Assembly (NCBI GenBank): GCA_002633005.1
Contig: NMRA01000230.1
Span: 223,345-287,344, forward strand
DNA length: 64,000 bases
From: Phoronis australis
Lineage: Eukaryota; Animalia; Phoronida
Reading direction: 5' to 3'
A program made the position numbers and the translations under genes. A model generated the notes under the pieces. It was given only the letters and a program-made list of their open reading frames with translations. It had not been told where the DNA came from and did no database searches. Positions 11,829 to 25,105 of the stretch are shown here, piece by piece. Position 1 is the first letter of the stretch, and each line of letters opens with the position of its first letter.

Positions 11829-14800
11829 ATGGCAAGACTACATGCGTTACTGATCCCGCTATGGGCTGTGATAGGACTTGAGGCAATAGCCATTGATCCA
11901 AAGGGTTACCTTGTATATTGCCCGTGTATGGGTAAGTCAAAAGTCTACGTAACAAAATTGTCTGTAGTTCTAGCCTGTTAACCCCAAATCTTCCTGAAAA
12001 TCCATTGCACTGTGGAGGACCCTAACCTGTGAAGTGATGTCATGATCAGCAGTCAACAAGCCGAAGTCTTTTGGACACCATTTAAAGTTATTAACAGCTT
12101 ATTATTCAAATTTTTGCCTCTGTCATTTTAATAAGAATAAGTCATTTTAAATAATAAGCTGTTTATTGTGATTTCAGCTCACAGATTTTTCAGAATAGAA
12201 GATCCAGCTGTACTAAATTTTTGATGAAAACATTACATAATGTTATTTTCTAGAAATTTTAGCTTTTGAGGTTTTTGTATATTAGGCCCGACCACTGACG
12301 CTATGATCAGATAAGATCTGGCTCACTAATATGTAGTCAACTCAACCGTAGATCAGCTTTGGACTTTTGATGTGTCATACCACTTTCCTAGGGCTCTTGG
12401 GGATACATAGTTATCCTGACTTCTTTAGGAGTCTGCAAAATATGGAACTGAAGACTTTTATTAATGAGCCTGCTGGGTAGCTGTCTATGACTACTTCAAA
12501 ACACACGGGAAATATTTAAACTCAAACATGATTTAATAAAGACATGACCAGACAGGTTATATAAGGTTGTCCAATAATGACTCAGTTACCCTCATTCATC
12601 TTTCTGTTGATGAGTCGTGTGATTTTGGACAGTGTTCAAGAGGATTTAGACTTAAAGCTAGCACAGTTTGTACCTCGATTCTGGGTTGAAAATTCAAAAT
12701 GTCATTTTATACAGATTTGACAAACACAGCTACGTGCATCGGGTTGGTTTTCAAATTAATGACTTATGAATCAACTCTCAAGACAATGAAACCTAAGGCT
12801 AAACAAACACAATCTGTTGGATATCATTTACTCACCTCACTCTCCCTCTTCATGTGTTACAGTGTATGTTGCTCAATAGTTAAACGGATACCAAACTAGG
12901 CTTGGCCTATCAATGGATACTAAAATCAACTTTCTCGGAAACAAAATAATGCTCTGTAACCCTTGACAACCGTTAAACGTTTGGAGGCAAATTTGAAAAC
13001 TCCTTTCAAAGTCCACTAAATGGGCAACCGTGACGTATGCTTATAGCGAATTACAGGGGAACTGTGGGAAAATACCACCCACCACAGACCATAGTGTCCA
13101 AATACGACCCACCACAGACCATACTGTCCAAATACCAGCCACCACAGACCATAGTGTCCAAATACGACCCACCACAGACCATAGTGTCCAAATACCACCC
13201 ACCACAGACCATAGTGTCCAAATACGACCCACCACAGACCATAGTGTCCAAATACGACCCACCACAGACCATACTGTCCAAATACGACCCACCACAGACC
13301 ATAGTGTCCAAATACCAGCCACCACAGACCATAGTGTCCAAATACCAGCCACCACAGACCATACTGTCCAAATACGACCCACCACAGACCATAGTGTCCA
13401 AATACGACCCACCACAGTCCATACTGTCCAAATACGACCCACCACAGACCATACTGTCCAAATACCACCCACCACAGACCATGCTGTCCAATCTGTGACA
13501 TTGGGAGTATGAGGTTTTTAGTTGATTCCTGTCTTTAACATGGAAGAGTGACGCCAATGATACACTAGCAGGTGACACAACGTGGATTGGTGGAAATCAT
13601 CAAAACAGGGTTAGGATCCAGGGCTTGGAATTTTCCGCGGAAACGCGGATTTCCGCTTTTTTCAAATGTTCTGTCCGTGCATTTTATTATATTTCCGCGT
13701 AAAAAAAATCGGTTTTGATATAAAATTTCCGCAGCAAATTCCTTTCTTACCGCGGCGTTGCTGACGACGTTCACCTCGAAAAGCGGAAGTTGGTCTGTAT
13801 GTTTCGGAGGAACGTAAATTGTCAACATTGCCGGGGCATCTGGGATATCGTGGTGGGATTTTCAATGGCGTTTCGTGTGATTGTAAACCGCGGTGAAAAA
13901 TACTATGGCTCTGCAGCCAAAAATGTGTGGGGGTGGGAGTGGAGGAGTGGATGGACGAGATAAAAAGACGCAGACGCATGCTACTGATGGTGCTAACGTT
14001 TTTTTTTTTTAGTGCTACCGATTTTTGTCGGCAAAAGGTTCACATTGACTATTTCAAGGCTGGGTAGCGTGCATGTTTTGGGCCGTAAAAATCTCCGCGT
14101 TTTTTGTCATTGGTCATTCCAAGCCCTGAGTATCCTTTTATTATTCTAATTTCAGGTCGTTTTGGTAACCAAGCTGACCACTTCCTGGGCTCGCTACAAT
14201 TTGCTCGCGTACTGGACCGTACCTTAATCTTGCCGCCATGGGTTGAATATCCAAGCCATAAGATTGGGGGATCTGTAAGCGATTTTTGAAATTTATACTG
14301 GATCTTAGACTTTTAAGTTTCAGTCACTAAAATGGTCATTATTCAAAGGTTTGTGTTTTATATTTTCCCAAAAAAGATTTTTTAAATTTATTTTTTGTAT
14401 TACCTTTTTCTGCCACATTGTGTCTGCCTGATTTTTAAATTTTTTAAAATCTATTGTAAACAAGAGATAAATATTTATATATCAACACAAGATCTGAAGA
14501 ATTTTTACCTTAATATATACAATGTGATGGTTCTGGTGAAATGACATGTGGATTGGAACTTCCTGTGTGTGCAGCAATGCTCGGAGCTTTTAAAAACACC
14601 TATTTCCTCATTCCACGTATTTCTTTGCTCTTACAGGATCAAATTCCATTCGACCGCTACTTTCAAGTGCAAGCTCTGTCGAAGTTACACCGTGTTATTA
14701 CCATGGAGAAGTTTATGAACGAACTTGCCCCCAAAGTGTGGCCGCCTGGCAAACGAATCGGTACGCCTTGTTCTAACTTATGACTGGTTGTAGTTAAAAA

Positions 14801-17800
14801 TAGAAATTTAGGTCTAGCAGTGGGCTATTGTCAACAATTTTTTTCATGATGCTGTTTTCAAACTTTTTAAGATTCCTTGGTTAATGTAACATAGTCATTT
14901 ATAAGGAAGGTTTTGTCTCATTTCAAGTCACTCAAAATTAAAACAAGACATCTTTGATAGTTACCAAGTAGTAATACCATCAGAAAACTGAGAATAATTT
15001 TCTTTACTCTAAACAGCAAGCACCGTATCTATCAAAAAACTGACAGCAGTGTCCAGTAACACTAAGCGGAATGTGTAGTGGTCATCAGAAATGAAGTTTG
15101 CCAGAACACGGTCACTTTTTGGGGCCCTGATTTTCCACGATAATAGAAAATGAGACGAGAGTTCATGGAATATGCCTTCTCTCTCGGAATTGTAGGGTTT
15201 GAGTGGAATTTTCGTTCATAGATACTTTCGTGATTCTAATATTATTGGGGTTGTAATTACCAAATCTTGAAAGTTTAATCCATCAAATTCCACGATTTTG
15301 ACTTCATTCAACAACTGTCTTGCCACATACATGTTCAGATAGCAGGCACTGCTCTTTTTGCCAATTTTGAGAAACGTTATTGCCAGTTGAAATAATAACA
15401 TGTTACAAGTGGTTTCTTCAGTGCAGAAATTTCTGCTCGGAATTCCAGCGCAGAAATTTCTGCGCAGCAGAATTCCAGCGCTGAAATTTCTGAGCAGCAG
15501 AATTCCAGTGCAGAAATTTCTGCACAGCAGAATTCCAGCGCTGAAATTTCTGCGCAGCAGAATTCCAGTGCAGAAATTTCTGCGCAGCAGAATTCCAGTG
15601 CAGAAATTTTTGCGCAGCAGAATTCCAGTGCAGAAATTTCTGTGTTGGAATTGTGCACAGAAATTTCGGCACATGATACAAGAGAGGGCTGAAATGCAAT
15701 AGAATATATCAATTTTTAAGCCAAAATGATGGAAATCCAGGCGAAGAAAAAATCTGCATCTTTTCAAGCACAAAAAGGGAATGAGTGGAAATTCCCTTTT
15801 TAAAATGGAAAGTGTTTTAAATAGAACATGCAATATGTTATTGGCACAACGGAGCAGTAGCATTATTCAACTGAGGGAGTTAGGTGTTACTTTGAGTATC
15901 TATTTCTCACTTAGAAATAGTAAAGCAGTATTTGCTAAGGGCTGTTCCAGTAAAATCTGTATGGGAGGGGGGAAGGCACCTTTTTTCGCATGTTTTTCAT
16001 TTATTTCTTCAGCCTACCACCCGTAATTTTTTATAAGTTTGAAATGCAACCACCCGTAATTTTTTTTGTTCTTGTGGTTGACTGCACAGGCGCTTGAGTT
16101 TATCTGTTCCTCCATCACCACTAATGTCATTCATTACTAAGAAAACGTATGTTTCTTATATATGGTTATTAGCCATCCAGAAATTCGAGCACCTGTGGTT
16201 AACTGGTGTTATGGGCAAGCCGATGAGGAGATCGGAGGGAGTGAAAAAGTCGGAGCTTTTTGCAAGTTGCATTTTTGTTTCAGTTTTTGATTCTGAATTT
16301 AAATCAAACGCAACCACCCATAAATTTTTATTTCAGTTGCCTTCCCCCCCACACAGATTTTGCTGGAACAGCCCTAATTTACGCAACAAAAAATACAAAA
16401 TCAGGGCCTGTGCACGTTCTAGTTGTAACATCCAACTGCTGGGTTATTTGTTAGGTTTGGCTGTAAAATTATACGTGGTGGATGAGTTTGGTAAGCTTAA
16501 GCCACCGGAATCAGACATGGAACGTAAACAGAGATACATTTCTATCTGTGTTTTATTTGGTGGACTTGCTTTTCAGTATTGTGTTATCAGGCTCGTCATC
16601 GATCAAACCACTGCAATGCTAAAGAGGGTAACCCGTTTGGACCGTTCTGGGACAAGTTTGATATCGAGTTTGACAAGTCTGAGTTTTACGCGCCACTGTA
16701 TTTTGACACTTCGTCCCCTCGTACTAAGGAACAGTGGGACCGCAGGTAGATTTAATTTTTCATAGTGCATTTATGATTTTTATGAAGGAACTAAAAAAGT
16801 TACATAAAAGCAAAAAAGAAATGTTTCAAAAAGCTCTAAAAATGTTTTTGAGATTTTATCTTGGACATTTATATCAAAGGAAGTTTGGCCATGTTATTGA
16901 TGCTGAAGTCACGTGACCCAATTAATGTCAGAAAGTAATACACCAATTCTACAGGTTCCCCCCAGAGAAGTACCCTGTGCTAGCGTTCGTCGGTGCCCCT
17001 GCCTCGTTCCCTGTTGAGCTTCACAACGAGCCCCTTCAGGCTCACCTCCAGTGGTCAGGTGAGATACAGAGACTGGCTCAGAACTACATCACGCGGGAGA
17101 TTAGGAAGCCCTTTGTGGCTGTTCACTTCCGGCGTGGCTCCGACTTTGTAAGTTGTGTGTTTTTTACTGATTTTATATTCATATATTTTGTTAATTTCGA
17201 TATTTGGCTACCACAACTATTTTTAAAATTTTCAATCATTTGTTATTGCCTGCTCCCAATGTGTCAGTCAGTACTTTTCTTTGCTTGATGAAAGCACCAA
17301 TGTCTGTGTTTCATTTGCTTAAACTCTCACAGTGTGTTTAGTTATACCTAAGACTAACTGACAGTACATTGTTTGGGCCGAAAAAAGAAAAACGTTGATT
17401 ATGGTCTCTGTTCTTTTGAAGAAAAAAGAAAAACGTTGATTATGGTCTCTGTTCTTTTGAAGAAAAAAGAAAAACGTTGATTATGATCTCTGTTCTTTTG
17501 AAAATCTAGTCGTTGGTACAGCATTTTTGGGTTTGTGTTAATTGGCAAAGCATGAGACTTTATTGTTTTCTCCTTCTCAGCATAACAAGGAGTACCCAGT
17601 TTGAGAGCTACTTGTGTGGCGGAAATGGGAAATAAAATTCTTTCCTTGACTTGTTTGAGAATTTTAATCAACATTTTTTACACTAGAGGGATGGTATGCA
17701 AGAGGTATTGTGATGCAGAAATGTGCCTGGGAGAGGGGAGTGCTGCAGGTGCTGTGGTTCTGAAGATCAGGAAAATCATCTTTATGGAATAGAAAATGAG

Positions 17801-19418
17801 ACTTTTTAATTAATATAATGCAAAACTTCTTTGTGATTGCAGATATTTTAAATTTTTTGGCTAATTAAAAATTATTCTGACTTATTCTATATTGATTAAA
17901 TATCACAATTACAAAATCTGTATATTGCCCCCTCTTTTGGCTAAATTTGGGCCAAAATATTGTTTGAGACTTTTGAGGAATTACATTTCACATGAGAATG
18001 ACTGTGTTAAGTATCATTTATTGAGAGACGTCTGCCAGAAAGAGAGCGTCTTTTACACTTTTCAAAATGTTAATACTGATAACCAATCCTAATGTGTTAA
18101 TTCTGTACATATAATTAAATTGATTATGTCACCCATTCCACTCACTCAACAGGAGAACGCGTGTCGTCACGCTAAAGACAGTCCCCTGCTGTTCTCAGCG
18201 CGCCAGTGCCTGGGACCTAACAAAGAATATGGTGTAGTGACCAAGGAACTGTGTTACCCCTCGGACGACACTATCATTAATCAGCTGAGAGACACGGTGC
18301 AGAAGGTGGGGGCTAAGTCAGTGTACATCGCTACGGACTCGGACACCATGATGGATAAATTGAAGATTGTATTTGACCCTCTTAATGTAAGTGTGTGATA
18401 GATGGGGTGGGGCATGGTGTCATTATGTACGAGCTGTTTCACACTTTCAAGCCGAGTGTATCTTGTTGGGAGGGGGGGGGGGGTGAGCTGCCACGTAAAT
18501 TACTGATTCACACTCTATAATGGATCGACCCTTCTAGGTAGGCGTACAATTTTTGGGCTGGGGTAAAGTTACTTGAGGAACATCCTTGACCCTGTCAAGG
18601 TTTGTGGGCGATACAGGGGATGGGGCTGTATGTTTGACCACCTCGAGGTAGGTGTACAATACAGGGGGCTGGGGTGAAGTCATTTTATTAACATATTTGA
18701 CCCTCTAGATGTTGTTTACTGGACCAATTGATGTGTCATTTCTGCTTATTTGCCTAATTAATATTTTTCTTTTTTTCAATTCTCCTTGAAAAAACTTTTT
18801 TGTTGTGACTATGTTACTGAGCCGTTCAATCTTTCGTATTCCTTACTGTGATATGATTCTGTTTCCATTGTGCAAGTAAAAGACATAAAATTCAAATTTT
18901 AGACAGCTATGGAGTGAAATGCCACTTTAAGTTTCGTCGGGTGTTGTATCACATGCATTAGAGCACGCCCAGTATTTTCTATGGGGATTAAATGTTTGAA
19001 ATGGGTCAACAACTATAATGGTAATTATTGTGTACTTTTTGTTTTTAACAATTTTTATTTTAAGTTCAGTGCTGTTACAATGGAGCACTCAAAACACATC
19101 TACCTTGTCATTGTTGAGTTCTGTATTGTACTTTTATTTCAAATTGCTACATAATTCTTTCTTCCTTGAATTACAAACAGCCATTGCAAGATTTTGGCAT
19201 TTTTTATTTGGCGTCTTATTTCTTTCACCCTCCAGGTTAAACTCGTCGAGGGTATCAGCAGTTCACCCCATATTGACCTGTGCATTCTGGGACAGGCTGA
19301 TCACTTCATCGGCAACTGCGTCTCATCATTCACTGCGTTCGTTAAACGGGAACGTGATGTCAAGAGGAAGCCCAGCTCGTTCTGGGGGTTCTCTCCTAAC
19401 GTTCACCGCGAGTTATAA
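11829..19418 (+). CDS. POFUT1: GDP-fucose protein O-fucosyltransferase 1 (374 aa, 7 coding exons)
   Basis: Exons 11829-11931, 14156-14274, 14637-14760, 16577-16745, 16955-17147, 18153-18386, 19236-19418 total 1125 nt in frame. Signal peptide, [74 protein letters not shown] and an ER-retention-like C-terminal HREL. Confidence 0.96.
13070..13492. repeat. 30-bp minisatellite, ~14 copies, POFUT1 intron 1
   Basis: Unit AATAC(G/C)A(C/G)CCACCACAGACCATA(G/C)TGTCCA; explains the five overlapping repetitive ORFs at 13016-13578. Confidence 0.95.
13619..14128. mobile_element. MITE with 13-bp TIRs (hAT-like)
   Basis: CAGGGCTTGGAAT at 13619 and ATTCCAAGCCCTG at 14116-14128; CCGCGG-rich subterminal motifs; no clean TSD seen. 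Confidence 0.7.
15410..15668. repeat. 30-bp minisatellite with palindromic core, ~8 copies
   Basis: Unit GCAGAAATTTCTGCGCAGCAGAATTCCAG(T/C); core GCAGAAATTTCTGC is self-complementary. Confidence 0.92.
17381..17502. repeat. 41-bp tandem repeat x3
   Basis: AAAAAAGAAAAACGTTGATTATGGTCTCTGTTCTTTTGAAG repeated. Confidence 0.9.
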
Positions 19419-22400
19419 CATTGGAATGTGTCTGTAGAGTGTTCTGGTGACGTGGAACAGTTATCCTTTGGAAAAAAATCTTGTTTTCAGCTCCAGACGA
19501 CAGTTTCCAATTCCAGATATCAGTCTTATGTTAGACTTTTTAAGCGTTCCCATGGTATTTTGTGCAGTGTCATGACTCACATGCCAATTATCTACGATCA
19601 CGTTTTAAGGAGTTGCTAAAACCAAATGGAACTACCCTCATTAATGGGTGCTAGAGAACCAAAATCTAACTCCTCTATTTCGTCTAATTTTTATTGCATT
19701 TCTTTTGATAGATAATGACCCAAACCTAATTGTTCACGAGGAATTCAACTTGAGAAACCAAATATTTCGAAAAAACGCCAGTTTTGGTCCAGCATATAAT
19801 AATTTATTTTACCCTGTGTTTCATTGCCCATGAAGTCATCGTTGAATCAGTAAATGCTTTGCTCTACACAAAAGGTCTTAGATCAGTTTTCCCGATAAGT
19901 ACATTTCTTCATGAATGCGGTTCGTATACATATGCACTGATGAAGTACAAGATGCCATGATATGGCCAAGTTTTTAATGTTTAACACGCAGCTGGTGCTT
20001 TCTATTGTTGTAAGTCCTGCTCAGTTCTTGTTCCTTGTGACTGACTCAATGTCCACCAGGTGGTGCTAGTTTATAAAGGTCCCTCTTCACATCTAAATGG
20101 ATTGAGAGCAGAAAGCAGTTCATCATTTGTGTGGTAAAGGGCAAATGTGATTTACCTGAATGCAGGTATTTCTAGTTGAAGGTCTTTGCTTTACTTGCAA
20201 CACCTGGTGGATGTCAAGTTCTCCATTTGTGTATCTATGCTGGAATTAATTTGTGATCTGCCCAAAATACTATTTATGGACATGTGGGAATTTGTTGATA
20301 TATTTTTGTCAGAGATGTAAAATTGAGTTCACTTACCATAAGTAAAGAACTTAATTTGTTTAGCGCATAGTTCAGTTGCGAATATTTTCTTTGTCTTGAT
20401 TTTGACCGAATCTGTACTATTCCAGTGGTTTTCTTTCCTGGACATTGGGTTGAGTTATGCAAACATATCGTAAATATGCACAGCCACGGAACCTTGCTTT
20501 TCATTGAGGTTGAAATGTTATTTGTTAGACCCACTAGTGACTTATTTTTATATGTTCATGTTGACCTATGCACAATTATTTAGAGTGACATCTGGTGGCA
20601 AACAGGCATGTGCCTAAACCTGTACAGTTAATGCAATAATGCAAACATGAAGGGACTGTTTTCAATGGCAATTTTTGTAGTAAAAGTGATCTAGTTAGGT
20701 AAAGTGGTCAAAGCAATGTTTAACTATGAACACGTTCGGTATTTTTTTATTTGTGACCAATTCTATAATTTACATAATTCTATTTTTCAGAGGCTTACCA
20801 CATTGTTGGTAAAAGCGAAATAAATTTTCCTGACAGTTATTTTTGTTCAGAAATGTGACAAAACAAAACTTCACCTGTGCGCTATATTGAAGAATTTTTA
20901 CTGTAGCTTGTTATGGATTTTGAGGTACACAGTGTACATTCTTAACCAGAAGATGGCTGAAATTTTTCTTTTTTGGCTGTCAATCAATTCGCATGTTATT
21001 CTTCAATTTGAGACTTTGAGGAATCTGAAGCAATCGTTCTTAAATATTTTGCTATTGCCTCTCCAGTATTACTCCAGTGTTATTATTATTATTATCATTA
21101 TTATTATTATATGGCTGCCTGACTGTGTAGTAGAATCTTTTAGTTTAGAGCTTTTACATAGAAAATGCATACCTGCCATTCTACACAGTCTAAGTACTAA
21201 GTAACAATACTGTTTAAGGTATATTGGGTGCTGTTCAGGTAATATGGCTGTTGTCTTGGGACATCCTGTTTCGATCCTTGCCAAATGCCAAGAGGTTTTG
21301 CGATTGTCACAAAAATTTGAGTCTGTAAATTAGGTCGAGTTAACATATCTTGTTTTCGTGTTATTTTTTGATGTCATAAACTGCTCCTGCACTTGGTGGC
21401 CATTTTATGCGCTGAAACAGCATTCAATACAATTTTAAAGTGAGTATGTCTCAGGTGTAGCTGTATAAGTGGTGTATTTGCCTGATTGAACTGTCTCAAA
21501 CGTGTTTTATGTTAGGTTGAAATTATCTTGTTTTTGTCCTTCGAAGGCATTGCAGTCTGGCTTTTAATTAAATTCCCCACGCAGCACTCGGTCAAGTTGA
21601 AATTGTAAACTTTAAACTGGAATAATTATATATCAAGGCATGAGCAGCAAACCATACTTAAAGTGATTGATCTATCGCCAGCATTTTGAGTGACGGATTA
21701 ACTGACCAATCAGAACGCAGCATTCTTGGCACACCTTTGTTTCCAAGCCGCCATTTTATCCAACAAACAACACGTTGTCAGGTAAAACTTGTTGTTTGGC
21801 AGAGCTTGCGATAGGTCAATTAATGAGCTCCATTTGGTCCATGGTGTTGCCGTGTGCAATTTAAATACTGATTCGTGGTCAGTAAAGAACAAGCCCAAGG
21901 GGTTCCATCCAAAACATGGATCAAAACAAAGGTGATCATAGATGGCGCTGCATGGGATTTAAAGAATAGCTACTGACAGACTCTGTTCTTTTGGTGAAAC
22001 ACTTCCTGGAAAGATTGCCTTCGGAGGCTGATAGAGCATTGATATCAATTAATGTTTTAAAGTTGTTTTGTAATTAGTTTGTGAAGTATTTTTAAGGCAA
22101 GAGTATAATATGAGCATAATGGCTTGTAATCTGACTATGCATGATTTTATCCTTGTTATATTGAATGTTGACCTACCATATAGTTTACATTGTTTATAGG
22201 TTACATTAATAACTGGAGTTGAACAGTTTAGCCATAATTCAGTGCGTGTCTTTTTTACTTATGTCCTGCATACATTGTAGCAGTGCACAGAATAATTGTC
22301 TCCTTTTCAGTATTACTTGAAATTTCAATACATGTATATTTGTTGAGAAAATAAAAATTGCATTTACCAGGCTCCTATCTTTGATCTAGCCTGGGCTCAA

Positions 22401-23240
22401 CAGAAGGGATTTCCAGGATTTCAGATTTATTTATTTATGGGTCTTAAAACACTTTTCTAATACTACGGCTTTTTATGTTGACATTGGTTAATTCTGATAA
22501 TGGAACTTCTTGGACCAAGTGATATTCTCTTCTCCCGGCAACTTATCACAACGACCGTGTGTTGCTATTCCAACTTGCAATTTAGAGTGGACAAGTTTAT
22601 TACAAACTACAAGTGGTCATGTTTTAAAGTACCCTCCCTCTATGTTAAATTGCTTTCCTTTCTTTGCATTCGTCAATTTAGAACACAAAATGAGTTTCAT
22701 CAATTGAAGTCATATCAATTGGATATGGATATTTCACTAAATTGTAACCTTGTATAAATTTTCGATTTTTATTAACAATTTTTTCTCTTAAAAAATTATT
22801 CAACATCGCCGTGCAATCATTGAGCAGTGCATCATCAAAAATCTTACTGTATGTTTTAACTCAGCTGCATTTCGTCATATTTAGCCAGAAAATTAAACCT
22901 TCTATCCTGAAATGGGTACCTTGATGCTACCGTATTGTCAACTTTAAACTTCATTTTGAGTGCCAATTTCTGGGGAAAAAACCGTGACAAAAAATTCCAG
23001 ACACTTAGTCGATAGAAATAAAGAGAACGTGTGCGTTCCTTATGTGGAGGTCTCCGTTAATTTTCATTATGTTCATGATAAAAAATCAAGACTTTCCTGA
23101 AAGCACGGTCACGCCGCAAATACAAATTCTAGGCACTTGAATCATTTGTGGCGAGTGAAAGTTTCTGCGACCACTAGGGATTTTGAAAATCTTTCCAATT
23201 CCTGTGAATTGGTGTATTCAGAAACTATCGATTGCCACGN

Positions 23241-24277
23241 TGGAGTTGAACAGTTTAGCCATAATTCAGTGCGTGTCTTTTTTACTTATGTCCTGCATAC
23301 ATTGTAGCAGTGCACAGAATAATTGTCTCCTTTTCAGTATTACTTGAAATTTCAATACATGTATATTTGTTGAGAAAATAAAAATTGCATTTACCAGGCT
23401 CCTATCTTTGATCTAGCCTGGGCTCAACAGAAGGGATTTTCAGGATTTCAGATTTATTTATTTATGGGTCTTAAAACACTTTTCTAATACTACGGCTTTT
23501 TATGTTGACATTGGTTAATTCTGATAATGGAACTTCTTGGACCAAGTGATATTCTCTTCTCCGGGCAACTTATCACAACGACCGTGTGTTGCTATTCCAA
23601 CTTGCAATTTAGAGTGGACAAGTTTATTACAAACTACAAGTGGTCATGTTTTAAAGTACCCTCCCTCTATGTTAAAATTGCTTTCCTTTCTTTGCATTCA
23701 TCAATTTAGAACACAAAATGAGTTTCATCAATTGAAGTCATATCAATTGGATATGGATATTTCACTAAATTGTAACCTTGTATAAATTTTCGATTTTTAT
23801 TAACAATTTTTTCTCTTAAAAAATTATTCAACATCGCCGTGCAATCATTGCGCAGTGCATCATCAAAAATCTTACTGTATGTTTTGACTCAGCTGCATTT
23901 CGTCATATTTAGCCAGAAAATTAAACCTTCTATCCTGAAATGGGTACCTTGATGCTACCGTATTGTCAACTTTAAACTTCATGTTGAGTGCCAATTTCTG
24001 GGGAAAAAAACGTGACAAAAAATTCCAGACACTTAGTCGATAGAAATACAGAGAACGTGTGCGTTCCTTATGGAGCCGGGGTCTCCGTCAACGGTTAATT
24101 TTCATTATGTTCATGATAAAAAATCAAGACTTTCCTGAAAGCACGGTCACGCCGCAAATACAAATTCTAGGCACTTGAATCATTTGTGGCGAGTGAAAGT
24201 TTCTGCGACCATTAGGGATTTTGAAAATCTTTCCAATTCCTGTGAATTGGTGTATTCAGAAACTGTCGATTGCCACG
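23241..24277. repeat. Duplicate of 22214-23239 after a single N (probable assembly artefact)
   Basis: N at 23240; near-identical tandem copy with a few SNPs/indels. Confidence 0.85.
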
Positions 24278-25105
24278 GTCGTAACTTCGGTTGCGGTTGG
24301 GCGATTTTGGCGATTCAAAAACTAAACATGATCACCATTTGACGAAGATTTCAGAAATGCTATTGGTTTATGTTCAAATGTGTTATAACTTAACTTTGAA
24401 GTTTATTTTTAACAGCAGGCCCCAGTCAGGGTACAATAGGAGGGCTTATTGGAGATATAGAGCAATTATTGAACAAAAGAGAGCTGGCACTCTAGCCATC
24501 AATGCCAGAATAGTCGTCAGATACTGGCTACAGGGGTAAACTTCCCAACTTCTTGTTGGGCTAAAGAATCGAACAAGTTGGGAGTAACGGGAAAGCCCCG
24601 TAATGTTTTTCAACTGTATATGGGGGGGGGGGTATACCAACTCGAAGCGGAACCTAACTTAATTTAAAGCTCGTTGAGTAAATTACGAGAGAGAGAAATT
24701 GACAGGAAGAATATGTAACATGTGGGGGGGTTGATGTACTCAAAATTGTTGAAATACAAACTTATTGTGCAATTAAGTAGCAAATTTTCTACTCATACTT
24801 CGTCACTGAGAGTCGCCTGACTTAATTATTTCAAAAGCACGTCTATTGAATGCGTGTGAATTTCAATCCTACTTTATTTGGGGGGAAATTATTGTCTATA
24901 AAAACCTGAAAGTGTGTGCTGGTGCATTTGGACAACGGTATGAATTGGTAATTATCATAAAGCTAGGTCATTAGTAAGGAAAATTTTGTCAGCCGCCCGG
25001 TAAAACTGAGCTGAGCTTGTTGGTTCCCTTCAAATCAGTCTTTCGATTGTCGCGTGATGTCGCTGTGCACAATCCCCGCTCTCACTAGTTTGAAGATAAG
25101 AACGA

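Noticed and set aside
13016-13578. Long repetitive ORFs in five frames; superficially CRISPR-like array
   Set aside because: A head-to-tail 30-bp minisatellite with no unique spacers, inside a eukaryotic intron; the ORFs are by-products of a stop-poor unit.
15216-15863. 215-aa minus-strand ORF and overlapping repetitive ORFs
   Set aside because: Generated by the 30-bp palindromic minisatellite.
16094-16765. 223-aa plus-strand ORF
   Set aside because: No recognisable motif; the real POFUT1 exon (16577-16745) is in a different frame.
22214-24277. 1-kb tandem duplication with paired ORFs
   Set aside because: Joined at a single N with allele-level differences; likely an assembly artefact, and the ORFs do not look coding.
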